Notes: generated by a model from the letters alone, not told the origin. A DNA stretch of 64,000 bases from Candidatus Nomurabacteria bacterium (GCA_021413905.1 JAIOPO010000001.1:201159-265158); one strand, 5' to 3'. Positions 1 through 12,685 are shown, numbered from the stretch's first letter. Numbers and translations are program-made.

Positions 1-793
1 CTTTTCCTTGTAAACTGTCCGCTACAAGGCTATAAAGCCCTTTTACAGTGCCTTTTGTCACAAATATATCAAGTTTCAAACCCTCCCAAAAAGCCTTATA
101 AACAGGCAATTTTGCAATACCTATCTCGTCCATAGATATCCCTATAACAAATTTTTGACTTAAGGAATTTTTCTTTGGAAATACTTCCGTATTTTTTAAC
201 TCATTACCACGCATATAATTTATTCCCAATTTTTCAGATGACCCGACAAAGTTTTGAAACGTTTCTATACTAGGTGCTGCCTCTTCCACATCATCTCCGA
301 TAATTATAGACATTATTTTATCTCCGGCCTTAAGCCCTGCCAGTTCGGCGGGAGAAGCAGGCACAACAGACAAGACAACCAAATGCTGATCTTGAATTAT
401 GTAATCTTTTTGTTGAGTGCTTGCAGAAGTCGGAAGTCCAGACATAAAACCAAAAGAAAACAAAACCCAAGCCAAAATAAAATTCATAAATACTCCGGCG
501 AAAAGCACGAGAGCTTGCTGATATGCGGGCTTGTTTACAAAACTTCTTTTTGCATCCGGACCATTTGTATTTTCATCATTAGGATCTTCTCCAAAAATTT
601 TCACAAAGCCACCAAAAGGCAAAGCATTGAAACTATATTTTGTTTCTCCTTTTTTAATACTGAATAATTTTGGAGGAAAACCAAAGCCAAATTCATCCAC
701 TCGTATGCCGAAAAATTTAGCCACAAAAAAATGCCCAGCTTCATGGACTAAAACCAGTACCAATAAAATTATTAAAAATATAAGTATATTCAT
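1..793 (-). CDS. rseP: Site-2 protease RseP (M50 family intramembrane zinc metalloprotease); 3' end lies beyond window start
   Basis: The minus-strand frame is open from the ATG (complement of 791-793) to the window edge, so it is absent from the ORF track. The N-terminus is MNILIFLIILLVLVLVHEAGHFFVAKFFGIRVDEF, with the HExxH motif and hydrophobic context typical of RseP. The overlapping plus-strand ORFs 254-667 and 531-800 are antisense artefacts. Confidence 0.8.
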   Translation of the reverse strand, partial: MNILIFLIILLVLVLVHEAGHFFVAKFFGIRVDEFGFGFPPKLFSIKKGETKYSFNALPFGGFVKIFGEDPNDENTNGPDAKRSFVNKPAYQQALVLFAGVFMNFILAWVLFSFGFMSGLPTSASTQQKDYIIQDQHLVVLSVVPASPAELAGLKAGDKIMSIIIGDDVEEAAPSIETFQNFVGSSEKLGINYMRGNELKNTEVFPKKNSLSQKFVIGISMDEIGIAKLPVYKAFWEGLKLDIFVTKGTVKGLYSLVADSLQGK

Positions 794-796
794 AAA

Positions 797-1348
797 TTAA
801 CCCAAAACTTCTTTTTCTTTTTTTTCAAAAATCGCCTCTAAATTATTATTCACTTCGTCTATGACTTTTTGTAATTCTTCTTTCGCGCGGAATTTTTCAT
901 CTTCTGTCAGAGTGCCTTCTTTTTCCTGATCTTGAATTTCATTCCAAACGCGCTCGCGCTCTTGGCGAACTGTGATTCTGGATTCTTCGAGTTTTTGTTT
1001 TAGAACTTTCACAAGATTTTGCCTCGTCTCTGTCGTAAGCTGTGGAAAAATAACACGAATGCCTGCTTCATCAGTCGCCACAGACAAGCCTAAGTTCGCA
1101 GCCATAATAGCTTTCTCAATGCCTTTTATTTGTGTCTTGTCCCAAGGGGCAATGCGCAAAGTCTTTGGGTCTTCAATAGCCACTGAAGCCACATTTTTAA
1201 TAGCCTGATATTGACCATAAGACTCCACAGAAATACCGTCCAAAACCATCGGCGAAGCACGTCCAGTGTTCAGCTGTGTGTATTCTTTGCTCAAAAATTC
1301 CTCCACCTTTTTTAATTCTGTTTTAAAATTTGAAAAATTGTATGCCAT
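797..1348 (-). CDS. frr: Ribosome recycling factor
   Basis: The 183-aa product has the typical RRF length and sequence (ASPMVLDGISVESYGQ...PWDKTQIKGIEKAIMAANLGL...). The stop is TAA. Confidence 0.9.
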   Translation of the reverse strand: MAYNFSNFKTELKKVEEFLSKEYTQLNTGRASPMVLDGISVESYGQYQAIKNVASVAIEDPKTLRIAPWDKTQIKGIEKAIMAANLGLSVATDEAGIRVIFPQLTTETRQNLVKVLKQKLEESRITVRQERERVWNEIQDQEKEGTLTEDEKFRAKEELQKVIDEVNNNLEAIFEKKEKEVLG

Positions 1349-1377
1349 ATGATTATTATAACACTTACTAATAAAAA

Positions 1378-2094
1378 TTAAAACTTGGGTAAAATTAATG
1401 CCACGGATTCCATCATCATTTTTGCGGAAGAACCCGGCTGGCGCAAAAATTCACGGACTTTGAAAATATGCTCGAAGGAGCTCGCCGAAGAATCCTTTAG
1501 TGAACTGCTAATGACAACCTCCAGCGCATTTAAAAATTTTAAAGCTTTTGCGCGAGTTGAATCTAAAGAAACAACTTCCTCACTTTCTTCTTCATCATCT
1601 TCTTTATCTGGACTTACCAACATTTCTTTCAAGAAATTGATTCGCGCCGTCATAGGCATAGCTATGAATTTCTCTGCTTCTTTTATTTCATTTTTCAAAT
1701 TCAAATCTGAACGAATTAAATAAAATCTTGAGATTAATGTTTTCAAAAGTGAATCAGTGGACGGCACGATAATAAAAAAATGCGTATTCTCTATAGGTTC
1801 TTCAAACATTTTTAACAAAAGATTTTGCGCTTCTATGATAAAACTATTGGCATACACGACAAATATTTTTTTACCTGTGGTAAAACTTTTCTGTCCCCCC
1901 ATATCACGTAAAACCAAAGCGTCTTTTACTTTAAAAGTGTCGACTGATATGGATGTAAAATCCGGATTGTTCGAAGTTTTCACTTCGATACTTTCCACAA
2001 AATCCAAAACTATTTGCATTGTCTCTTCACGAGAACCTTCTATTAAATACGCATGATGTAAATTATTTTTATCAATATTTTCAAAAATATTCAT
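1378..2094 (-). CDS. holB: DNA polymerase III delta-prime (clamp-loader) subunit-like protein
   Basis: An N-terminal HHAYLIEG matches the HAYLF motif of delta-prime. LLKMFEEPIENTHFFIIVPSTDSLLKTLISRFYLI matches the clamp-loader LLKTLEEPP...SRC box. There is no Walker A, as is usual for delta-prime. The product is 238 aa. Confidence 0.5.
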   Translation of the reverse strand: MNIFENIDKNNLHHAYLIEGSREETMQIVLDFVESIEVKTSNNPDFTSISVDTFKVKDALVLRDMGGQKSFTTGKKIFVVYANSFIIEAQNLLLKMFEEPIENTHFFIIVPSTDSLLKTLISRFYLIRSDLNLKNEIKEAEKFIAMPMTARINFLKEMLVSPDKEDDEEESEEVVSLDSTRAKALKFLNALEVVISSSLKDSSASSFEHIFKVREFLRQPGSSAKMMMESVALILPKF

Positions 2095-2103
2095 AGATAT
2101 AAA

Positions 2104-3117
2104 TTATCTTTTACTTAAAATAGTTTTTTTGTATACATCCAAGTGATTCAGTGCTATTCCTGTACCCTTAGCTACACAATACAAAGCATCATCTGCAATA
2201 GTAGCTTTGACTCCAGTTTTCCTATAAACCAAATCAGCCAAATTGCGAAGCAATGAAGAACCGCCAGTCATAATAATGCCGTGGTCTATAATATCCGAAG
2301 CGAGCTCTGGAGGAGTTTCTTGCAAAACAACTTTGATAGCTTTTACAATTTGTTTTAATTCATTATCTATAGCTTTTACAATTTCATTTGTGCCGACTTG
2401 AGCAGAACGAGGAAGACCTTGGATAAAATCACGCCCCTTTATTGTGACACGAAGTTCTTCTTCGAGTGGCACTGCTGCGCCAATTTTTATTTTTACTTCT
2501 TCGGCAGTTTTATCTCCAATTGCCAAATTAAAAGTTTTTTTTATATAATCTGCAATCGCTTGATCTATTTTATTTCCGGCACATTTCACAGAAGTACAAG
2601 CTACGATACCACCGAGAGATATCACAGCAACATCAGTAGTACCTCCACCTATATCTACTATCATATGACCTTTTGATTGATGAATCGGAATACCGGCACC
2701 GATTGCAGCCAAGATAGGTTCTTTTACGACATATGCATTACGAGCTCCAGCACGAATAGCAGCTTCAACGACAGCACGACGTTCGGTAGAAGTTACTCCT
2801 GCTGGCACAGAGACCATAACATCTGGTTTAATTAAATTAAATTTACCCATTGCTTTATTTATAAAATATCTAAGCATTGCTTCTGTGACTCTGTAATCTG
2901 CTATCACACCATCTTTCATTGGTCTGTATGCAATTATAGAATCTGGGGTTTTCCCGATCATGTCTTTCGCCTCAGCTCCTATTGCTAATATTTTATTGTC
3001 TTGTTCAGAAACAGCAACAACGGAAGGTTCATTTAAAACAATGCCTTTTCCAGGTAAAAACACTAAAGTATTTGCTGTTCCCAGATCTATGCCCAATTTT
3101 TTTGAAAATAATCCCAT
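2104..3117 (-). CDS. mreB: Rod shape-determining protein MreB (actin-like ATPase)
   Basis: The sequence is GIDLGTANTLVF...MIVDIGGGTTDVAVISLGG...IIMTGGSSLLRNLADL, with canonical MreB phosphate and adenosine motifs. The product is 337 aa. Confidence 0.92.
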   Translation of the reverse strand: MGLFSKKLGIDLGTANTLVFLPGKGIVLNEPSVVAVSEQDNKILAIGAEAKDMIGKTPDSIIAYRPMKDGVIADYRVTEAMLRYFINKAMGKFNLIKPDVMVSVPAGVTSTERRAVVEAAIRAGARNAYVVKEPILAAIGAGIPIHQSKGHMIVDIGGGTTDVAVISLGGIVACTSVKCAGNKIDQAIADYIKKTFNLAIGDKTAEEVKIKIGAAVPLEEELRVTIKGRDFIQGLPRSAQVGTNEIVKAIDNELKQIVKAIKVVLQETPPELASDIIDHGIIMTGGSSLLRNLADLVYRKTGVKATIADDALYCVAKGTGIALNHLDVYKKTILSKR

Positions 3118-3155
3118 AGGGCTAAATATAGCATAAATATGCTAGAATAAAAAGA

Positions 3156-5087
3156 ATGAAAATAGTCACCGTAATACCACTAGCAAAGGGCGCTTTTAAA
3201 GAAGATTTGACGTATTTTACAGCTCATGAAATACCAAATGGCAATATAGTCAGCATACCAATTCGTAATAAAAACATACTAGGATTAGTGGTATCTTCCG
3301 AGGAAGTTACTGGAGCAAAAGGAGACATTAAAAACATGTCCTTTAATTTAAAAAAAATTACCGAGACAAAAGAGCAATCAGTTTTCAAAAAAGAATTTTT
3401 GGAATCCGCATTTGAAGTCAGCGATTATTTCGCTTGCAGAAAAAATAATCTTATCACGCATTTATTGCCGTCTGCATTTCAAAATGATTATGATAAAATT
3501 TCTAAAATCAACATCACTCCTGACTTATCCTCTGAAATACGAGGAACAGAATTAAAATCAGAAAAATTACTTTTTCAAAATTCTTTTACAGATAGAATTT
3601 CTTTTTATAAAACAATGATTCGTGAATCTTTTGCTCAAAAAAAATCAATATATATAGTTTTGCCTACAGAAAATGATATAAATAATTTTAATATTTTATT
3701 AAGCAAAGGTGTGGAGAATTTTACCTTTTCTATTCATGGAGGATTGAGTGTAAAAAAACAAATAGAATTATTTAAACAAATAACAATGTCTGAGCATCCA
3801 GTACTTGTTTTAGGAACTGCTCCGTATTTATGCATACCAAGAAATGATTTCGAAACAATAATATTGGAACATGAAAATTCAAATACTTATAAAACAATGA
3901 ATAGGCCTAGTTTAGATCTGAGAATTTTTGTCGAATTATTTGCGGTAAAAACAAAAGCTAAATTTATTTTAGCTGATACTGTATTGCGTTTTGAAAGTAT
4001 TGCTCGTAAAAAAGACAATGATATTGAAGAAATTCGCCCTTTATCATTTATAATGAATAATAATAATGCTGAAATTGTAACTATTTTAAGAGAAAAAAAC
4101 ATGAAATTTACAATATTCTCTGAAGATATTTTAAAAGAAATAAAACAAAATATAGACAAAAAACAAAATGTTTTCATATTTGCATTAAGAAAAGGACTTG
4201 CCACAGAGACTATTTGTAGAGATTGTAATCAATCGATAAATTGTGAAAAATGTCATTCCCCTGTAGTGCTTTATTTATCCAAAGATGGTACAAAAAGAAG
4301 ATTTGCTTGCAATAGATGTAATACTGAAAAAAATCCAGAAATGCTTTGTCCTAGATGTGGAAGCTGGAATTTGATACCTCTTGGTATAGGCACAGACACT
4401 GTTTCAGAAGAATTAAAAAATATTTTTCCGGATATAAAAATTTTTAAATTGGATAAAGAATCGATAAAAAATACAAAAGAAGCAGAAGAAATGATTCAGG
4501 ATTTTGAAAATATGCATGGAGCAATATTAATAGGCACAGAAATGGCTTTTTTCTATTTACAAAAACCAGTCACTTTTTCAGTGGTCGCTTCTTTTGATTC
4601 ACTTTGGAGTATACCGAATTTCCGAATGAGTGAGAAAATAATACAAATCATAATTTCTTTAATTCTTTTTACAAAAGACAAATTAATAATACAAACAAAA
4701 AATGAAAATGATTCTTCTATTATTGCTCTTAGAAATGAAAACCTTCATTCATTTGTTAGAGAAGAAATTGAAATTAGAAAAAATCTAGGATATCCGCCAT
4801 TTAAAAAATTTATAAAAGTAACACATTTCGGCCAAAAAGAAGAAGTCGCTCATGTTAAAAAATATCTATTAGAAATTTTCAAAGAATATGAACCGGAAAT
4901 TTTTAGTGGTTTTGTATCAAAATTAAAAGATAAATATGTAACAAATATGCTTATTAAACTTGATCCAAAAAATTGGTCTTTACCTGAACTTCACCCTGAC
5001 TCGAAATTAAATAAAAACCTCCTCACCAAGCTCCTCTCCCTCCCGCCATCATTTTCTGTATCAGTTGACCCAGAAGATTTGTTGTAA
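3156..5087 (+). CDS. priA: Primosomal protein N' (PriA)-like protein with an intact Cys-rich zinc-binding region but degenerate helicase motifs I/II
   Basis: The Cys cluster CRDCNQSINCEKCHSPVVLYL...FACNRCNTEKNPEMLCPRCGSWNLIPLGIGTDTVSEEL..FPDIKI matches the PriA pattern CxxC..CxxC..H..CHxCG..PxxCPxCGS..GxGTE. The downstream ILIGTEMAFFYLQ resembles PriA ILIGTQM. At the Walker A position the sequence is LPTENDINNF instead of GSGKT, and the DEEH box reads LEHENS. Confidence 0.65.
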   Translation: MKIVTVIPLAKGAFKEDLTYFTAHEIPNGNIVSIPIRNKNILGLVVSSEEVTGAKGDIKNMSFNLKKITETKEQSVFKKEFLESAFEVSDYFACRKNNLITHLLPSAFQNDYDKISKINITPDLSSEIRGTELKSEKLLFQNSFTDRISFYKTMIRESFAQKKSIYIVLPTENDINNFNILLSKGVENFTFSIHGGLSVKKQIELFKQITMSEHPVLVLGTAPYLCIPRNDFETIILEHENSNTYKTMNRPSLDLRIFVELFAVKTKAKFILADTVLRFESIARKKDNDIEEIRPLSFIMNNNNAEIVTILREKNMKFTIFSEDILKEIKQNIDKKQNVFIFALRKGLATETICRDCNQSINCEKCHSPVVLYLSKDGTKRRFACNRCNTEKNPEMLCPRCGSWNLIPLGIGTDTVSEELKNIFPDIKIFKLDKESIKNTKEAEEMIQDFENMHGAILIGTEMAFFYLQKPVTFSVVASFDSLWSIPNFRMSEKIIQIIISLILFTKDKLIIQTKNENDSSIIALRNENLHSFVREEIEIRKNLGYPPFKKFIKVTHFGQKEEVAHVKKYLLEIFKEYEPEIFSGFVSKLKDKYVTNMLIKLDPKNWSLPELHPDSKLNKNLLTKLLSLPPSFSVSVDPEDLL

Positions 5088-5088
5088 A

Positions 5089-5766
5089 TTAATTAGAAAC
5101 CAACACAGTAAACTCCCCTTTTTGTTTGACGGGATTTTTTGTGAAATATTCCAAAAGTTCGGCGGGTTTGCCTGTTTTAAATTCTTCAAAAATTTTAGTG
5201 ATTTCGCGAGCAACACAAACTTTTTTGTCTGGGCAGAATTTTGCTAAAGATTCCAAAGTTTTTAAAATGCGATGCGAAGATTCGTAAAAAATCATCGTGC
5301 GTTCTGCATTTGCAATTTCTTTAAATAAAGTCTCTCTGCCTTTTTTGTGTGGAAGAAAACCAAGAAATGTGAATTCGTGCGTGGGCAAGCCTGACGCAGA
5401 AAGTGCAGAAATGATGGCTGATGCACCCGGAATAGGTATGACTTGCACGTCATCATTAAACTTTTCTTTAATCTGAGAAATAAGCAATGCGCCCGGGTCT
5501 GAGATGGTCGGCGTGCCGGCATCAGAAACCAATGCAATATTTTTACCTTCTTCTAGGAGTGCAAAAATCTTGTCTGTCTTTGTTAATTTACTCTGAGCAT
5601 GAAAACTCATTGTAGAATTTTTTATTTCATATTTATTTAAAAGTTTTTGCGTGGTTCTTGTATCTTCACATAAAATTAAATCCACCTCACCTAAAATACG
5701 AATCGCTCGTAAAGTTATATCTTCCATATTACCTATCGGTGTAGCTATAACGTAAAATTTAACCAT
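5089..5766 (-). CDS. rsmI: 16S rRNA (cytidine1402-2'-O)-methyltransferase RsmI
   Basis: The N-terminus is YVIATPIGNMEDITLRAIRILGEVDLILCEDTRTTQKLL. The tetrapyrrole-methylase fold motifs LVSDAGTPTISDPG and FLGFLP are typical of RsmI. The product is 225 aa. Confidence 0.85.
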   Translation of the reverse strand: MVKFYVIATPIGNMEDITLRAIRILGEVDLILCEDTRTTQKLLNKYEIKNSTMSFHAQSKLTKTDKIFALLEEGKNIALVSDAGTPTISDPGALLISQIKEKFNDDVQVIPIPGASAIISALSASGLPTHEFTFLGFLPHKKGRETLFKEIANAERTMIFYESSHRILKTLESLAKFCPDKKVCVAREITKIFEEFKTGKPAELLEYFTKNPVKQKGEFTVLVSN

Positions 5767-5775
5767 TTGAATAAA

Positions 5776-6105
5776 TTAAAGTAAAAATAATTTATGAATA
5801 CCGTAATGATTAAACAATTGAAACATAATAAATAAATACAAAATTGAAAATGCTAAAGAAAAAATAAATAGAACAATATAACTGATATGTGTAGTATTTT
5901 TTAATTTATATAAATTTAAAATAGATATAATTAAAGAAAATAAACAAAAAACAAAAAAAATAAAAGGTAGATAATTAACAAAGACATGTCCTCCATTTTT
6001 AAAAGACATTCCAGCTAGAAAATTAAAAGGAGTAGCTAAAACACAAGCAATCTCTAAAAGTAATAAGACCCAGGGAACGAGTTTTCTATCTTCTTCATTT
6101 TTCAT
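5776..6105 (-). CDS. Hypothetical small integral membrane protein
   Basis: The 109-aa ORF has 3-4 predicted hydrophobic helices. No recognisable family was found. Confidence 0.3.
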   Translation of the reverse strand: MKNEEDRKLVPWVLLLLEIACVLATPFNFLAGMSFKNGGHVFVNYLPFIFFVFCLFSLIISILNLYKLKNTTHISYIVLFIFSLAFSILYLFIMFQLFNHYGIHKLFLL

Positions 6106-6149
6106 AACTTATTGATTATATCATACTATATAATATAAATGTAAATAAA

Positions 6150-6596
6150 TTATTTTCTGTATTTTCGAGTACGCCATTTATCGGCTATTTTTACGCGAGT
6201 GAGTGAGCGTTCGAGTTCTGTGGCAAAATGTTCGAAGTCTACTACTTCTTTATTTTCTGCTTGTTTACGTAATTCTTCAGCTTTTGCTTTTGCTTTATTT
6301 ACTTCTTCTTCAGAAATATCAGTCACAAATTCCACAAAGTCTGCCAAAATGATGACATTGGTAATTTTATTTTCGTCTTCTTTGACTTCCACAAAACCTC
6401 CTACCACAGCCATAGGAATATGTTCACCTTTTACAATACCGACAATATCTCCAGATCTTAATCCTCCAATAAGAGGAATATGTTCTGGTAAAATTGTAAT
6501 TTCTCCTTCAATAGTCGGCACGACAACAGCATCCATCATTTCTTCAAGGATTAGTTTTTCCGGCGTTATTATTTTTAATTTTAATTGTTTTGACAT
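6150..6596 (-). CDS. atpC: F1 ATP synthase epsilon subunit
   Basis: It is the last gene of the atp operon. The N-terminal beta-sandwich sequence is LKIITPEKLILEEMMDAVVVPTIEGEITILPEHIPLIGGL and the C-terminal helical region is rich in A, K and E. Confidence 0.85.
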   Translation of the reverse strand: MSKQLKLKIITPEKLILEEMMDAVVVPTIEGEITILPEHIPLIGGLRSGDIVGIVKGEHIPMAVVGGFVEVKEDENKITNVIILADFVEFVTDISEEEVNKAKAKAEELRKQAENKEVVDFEHFATELERSLTRVKIADKWRTRKYRK

Positions 6597-6667
6597 AAAT
6601 TTATTTACTTAAAAATTTAAAATAGTTCTTGAGAAAAGCCTTGTTAGGAGCGACGGCGACGGACAGA

Positions 6668-6696
6668 GAAAATTTTTAGCAAAAAATTTTCGTGCT
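6668..6696. promoter_or_regulatory. Conserved intergenic hairpin element, copy 1 (between atpD and atpC)
   Basis: GAAAATTTTT-AGCA-AAAAATTTTC is a 10-bp stem with a 4-nt loop (6668-6691), followed by CGTGCT. A near-identical core with compensatory flank changes occurs at 14892-14929. Confidence 0.4.
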
Positions 6697-6721
6697 TTTC
6701 GAGAGAAGCTATTTTTAATTT

Positions 6722-9081
<2,360 letters not shown>

Positions 9082-9086
9082 GAAAT

Positions 9087-10586
9087 TTATTTTACAAATC
9101 CACTTTTATAATCCCCTATCGCTTGTTTTAATTCCGCTTCGCCGTCGTCTTCCCACATTTTCTTTTCACGAACTTGGGAAAGGAATTTCTTTGCATTATT
9201 TTCCGCATATTCTACAAGACCAATTTCAAATGCCTTGATTTTATCAATCGCAACATCATCCATAAAACCTTTGACTAAAGCATAAAGCCCGATGATTTGA
9301 TGTTCGACGACGACAGGAGAATATTGAGGTTGTTTCAATAGTTCGACTGCTCTTTTACCGCGTTCAAGCTGGCGTTTTGTGGCATCATCTAGGTCAGAAC
9401 CGAATTGAGAAAAAGCTTCTAGTTCACGGAATTGCGCAAGATCGAGCTTTAAAGTTCCCGCGACTTTTTTCATACCTTTTATTTGCGCAGACCCTCCCAC
9501 GCGAGAAACAGAAAGCCCGACGTTCACCGCAGGACGCACGCCTTTATAAAATAAATCCGTCTCCAAGAAAATTTGTCCGTCGGTGATGGAAATAACATTC
9601 GTAGGAATATATGCAGATACGTCGCCAGCTTGAGTTTCAATTATGGGCAATGCTGTGATACTTCCTCCTCCATAATCTTTATTTTTTCGGCAAGCGCGTT
9701 CGAGTAAACGAGAATGTAAATAGAAAACGTCTCCAGGATATGCTTCACGACCAGGTGGACGACGAAGCAAAAGAGAAATTTCTCGGTATGCCACAGCGTG
9801 CTTGGAAAGATCATCATAAATAATCAAAACATCTTTGCCTTGATCCATAAAATATTCAGAAATAGCGACTCCGGTATAAGGCGCGATGTATGACATAGAC
9901 GCAGGCTCGGAAGAACCGGCAGATACGATGACAGTGTATTCCATCGCTCCGCCTTCTTTCAAACGAGTTTCCAATTTGCGAAGTTTAGAATCTTTTTGTC
10001 CGATTGAAACATAAACACAAATCATATTTTGGCCTTTTTGGTTTAAGATTGCATCGATAGCGATAGCAGTCTTACCTGTCTGTCTGTCGCCAATAATGAG
10101 CTCACGCTGACCACGACCGATAGGAATAAGCGCGTCAATTGCCTTGATACCTGTCTGTACTGGCTGGTCCACGGATTGACGACTCATCACACCACTTGCC
10201 ACTCGCTCCACAGGGTTTGTCTTTTCAGTTTTTATAGCTCCGCGTCCGTCGATGGCTTGGCCCAAAGCATTTACAACTCTACCCACCATGGCATCACCCA
10301 CGGGGACTTCGAGTATTTTACCGGTATTTTTGACTTCATCGCCTTCGCGAATTTTAGAGAAATCTCCTAAAACAATTGCGCCCACGGAATCTTCTTCGAG
10401 GTTTAAAGCCACGCCCATCACACCACTGGAAAAAGAAAGCATTTCAGAAGCCTTCACATTTGAAAGACCGGAAATCTTTGCAATGCCGTCGAAAACTTCC
10501 ATCACATAGCCGACTTTTTGCGTCTTGATGTCTGCCTTAAATCCTTCTATTTCTTTTCTTAAACTTTCTATTATTTGATTTGCCAT
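9087..10586 (-). CDS. atpA: F1 ATP synthase alpha subunit
   Basis: The P-loop is [20 protein letters not shown]. The product is 499 aa. Confidence 0.95.
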   Translation of the reverse strand: MANQIIESLRKEIEGFKADIKTQKVGYVMEVFDGIAKISGLSNVKASEMLSFSSGVMGVALNLEEDSVGAIVLGDFSKIREGDEVKNTGKILEVPVGDAMVGRVVNALGQAIDGRGAIKTEKTNPVERVASGVMSRQSVDQPVQTGIKAIDALIPIGRGQRELIIGDRQTGKTAIAIDAILNQKGQNMICVYVSIGQKDSKLRKLETRLKEGGAMEYTVIVSAGSSEPASMSYIAPYTGVAISEYFMDQGKDVLIIYDDLSKHAVAYREISLLLRRPPGREAYPGDVFYLHSRLLERACRKNKDYGGGSITALPIIETQAGDVSAYIPTNVISITDGQIFLETDLFYKGVRPAVNVGLSVSRVGGSAQIKGMKKVAGTLKLDLAQFRELEAFSQFGSDLDDATKRQLERGKRAVELLKQPQYSPVVVEHQIIGLYALVKGFMDDVAIDKIKAFEIGLVEYAENNAKKFLSQVREKKMWEDDGEAELKQAIGDYKSGFVK

Positions 10587-10592
10587 ATATTT

Positions 10593-11000
10593 TTATTTAT
10601 TAATTAAATGTTTTTCCAATTGTTTTAAATTATTTCTGTAAGTCATATCCAGCACATCCTCACCGACCTGTATTTTCATTCCACCCAAAAGATTTTTATC
10701 TTCAAAATATTCGCTCTCAATGTGTTTCGATCCGTATCTTTCTTTCATCTCATGCTCTAAACTTTTTTTCTTTTCTTCTGTTAAAACTTTTGCAGTTTTG
10801 ACTTTCATCCGCACTATTCCCTTTTTCCTATCAATTACTTTTTGTAATTCTTTTAAAATTTCTTCGGATTGTGACAGGAGTTTTTTATTTTTCAAAAAAA
10901 TGGCAAAATTCTTGCCGAGCATTTCCAGCTCTTTTACATTCTTGCATTCTGTCATATTTTCTAGAGTTTCCGCCAGATTTTTAATTGAAATTTTTGCCAT
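10593..11000 (-). CDS. atpH: F1 ATP synthase delta (OSCP) subunit, short form
   Basis: It sits at the operon position between atpF and atpA. The product is 135 aa and helical, with a C-terminal LLGGMKIQVGEDVLDMTYRNNL resembling the OSCP C-terminus. Confidence 0.7.
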   Translation of the reverse strand: MAKISIKNLAETLENMTECKNVKELEMLGKNFAIFLKNKKLLSQSEEILKELQKVIDRKKGIVRMKVKTAKVLTEEKKKSLEHEMKERYGSKHIESEYFEDKNLLGGMKIQVGEDVLDMTYRNNLKQLEKHLINK

Positions 11001-11006
11001 ATTTAT

Positions 11007-11456
11007 TTATTTATTCTTTTCTGCCAAAACTTTTTCTGTAGCTTGCAACACAAGTCCAGCTACTTCATTTTTAACTTCACCTAACATTTTAACTCTCTCG
11101 GCTTCTATAATCTTCTTGCCATTTTCTATTGTTTCAATCATTTCTTTTTGAGCTTGCTCAAGTATTTCAGCTTTTTTCTTTTCAGCTTCTTTTTTATTTT
11201 TATCAAAAATTTCATTTGCTTCGATGCGAGCTTTTGCAATAGCTTTTTCATATTCTTCTGTTGTAGCTTTCAATAAATCTGCATTTGTCTTAGCATCATC
11301 AATGCCTTTTTCTATTTTTGTAGATCTTTCTTGCATTAATTTATGCAAAGGTTTGATAGCAAAATAAAACAAAACAGCAAAAACAATACCAAAGTTTAAT
11401 GCTTGGGCAATGACTATTTTCCAATCTATATGAAATGTTGTAATTATTGAATCCAT
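11007..11456 (-). CDS. atpF: Fo ATP synthase subunit b
   Basis: There is one N-terminal TM helix followed by a long charged helix (KIEKGIDDAKTNADLLKATTEEYEKAIAKARIEA...). The product is 149 aa. Confidence 0.8.
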   Translation of the reverse strand: MDSIITTFHIDWKIVIAQALNFGIVFAVLFYFAIKPLHKLMQERSTKIEKGIDDAKTNADLLKATTEEYEKAIAKARIEANEIFDKNKKEAEKKKAEILEQAQKEMIETIENGKKIIEAERVKMLGEVKNEVAGLVLQATEKVLAEKNK

Positions 11457-11535
11457 GTTAAATAAAAATTATTATAAATAATATCCTGAAAGCGATGCCA
11501 ATATTTCTGTAAATACGGCACCGAAATTCAAAATA

Positions 11536-11784
<249 letters not shown>

Positions 11785-11794
11785 TTATTATTAA

Positions 11795-12685
11795 TTATGC
11801 ATGAGCGTGACCGCGCTCATTGCTTTCATCATGTTCTTCATGATCTTGTGAAGCTATACTAAAATATACCAACACCAAGATCGCAAAGATAAAAGCCTGA
11901 ATAAGTCCCACGAAAACTTCCAAGAAAAGAAAAGGGACAGGTAAACCATATGCGAGAATAGCACTCATCGCAAGCAATAAAACTTCTCCAGCAAATACAT
12001 TTCCGAATAGACGAAAAGAAAGCGAAGCGACTTTTGCGAATTCTCCTATTAATTCCAAAATACCAACAAAGAACGTTATCGGCCCGACTATGACTACTGA
12101 TTTATCTTTACGGAATTTCGTAGCGACACTGCCAAGCGCTTTAATATTAACATACTTATTGAAAGTTTTCCAAATACCGATAGATAAAATTCCAAAAATA
12201 TTTGCTCCGATAACTGATATGACAGACATTGCTAAAGTGGTATTTACATCTGCTGTACCACTACGAATAAAAGGTATGAAAGATTTACCATGTTCGCCGA
12301 TTTCAATCAAACCGAAACCACCCAAAGGTAATATACCAAGCCAATTATTTATTAAAACAAAAAAGAATATCGCAAAAGCAAGAGGAAATAATTTCAAAGT
12401 TAATTTTCTACTGCCTGTCACCTGATCACACAAAGAAAAAGCTCCATCTAAAATCATTTCAAAAAAATTCTGAAAACCTTTTGGTCTTTCACAAAGTTTT
12501 CTGTTTAAAATAAAAACAACAGAAACAATAATCAAAACAGCAATCCAGGAAGTAAGCAAAGCATTTGTAATCGGAAAATTACCAATATGTCCTATTGGTT
12601 CAGCATATATAGTTGCTTCATGAGAAATTTCTCCATGATCTGCATTTATTGTATTCTCAATATTTGTATTTTTAGTCTCTTCCAT
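11795..12685 (-). CDS. atpB: Fo ATP synthase subunit a
   Basis: The sequence contains LSFRLFGNVFAGEVLLL with the conserved Arg. The start was chosen at the ATG at 12685 (MEETKNT...) to minimise overlap with the upstream gene; the ORF-track start is 12733. There is an unusual C-terminal tail, SQDHEEHDESNERGHAHA. Confidence 0.8.
   Translation of the reverse strand: MEETKNTNIENTINADHGEISHEATIYAEPIGHIGNFPITNALLTSWIAVLIIVSVVFILNRKLCERPKGFQNFFEMILDGAFSLCDQVTGSRKLTLKLFPLAFAIFFFVLINNWLGILPLGGFGLIEIGEHGKSFIPFIRSGTADVNTTLAMSVISVIGANIFGILSIGIWKTFNKYVNIKALGSVATKFRKDKSVVIVGPITFFVGILELIGEFAKVASLSFRLFGNVFAGEVLLLAMSAILAYGLPVPFLFLEVFVGLIQAFIFAILVLVYFSIASQDHEEHDESNERGHAHA

Noticed and set aside
254-800. The plus-strand ORFs 254-667 and 531-800 from the ORF track.
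   Set aside because: They lie antisense to a clearly conserved RseP coding frame that is open to the window edge. They have low-complexity composition and no recognisable motifs.
2398-2676. The plus-strand ORF inside mreB and similar antisense ORFs inside atpA, atpD, gatB, obg, leuS and others.
   Set aside because: They overlap strongly conserved genes on the opposite strand and have low-complexity translations.
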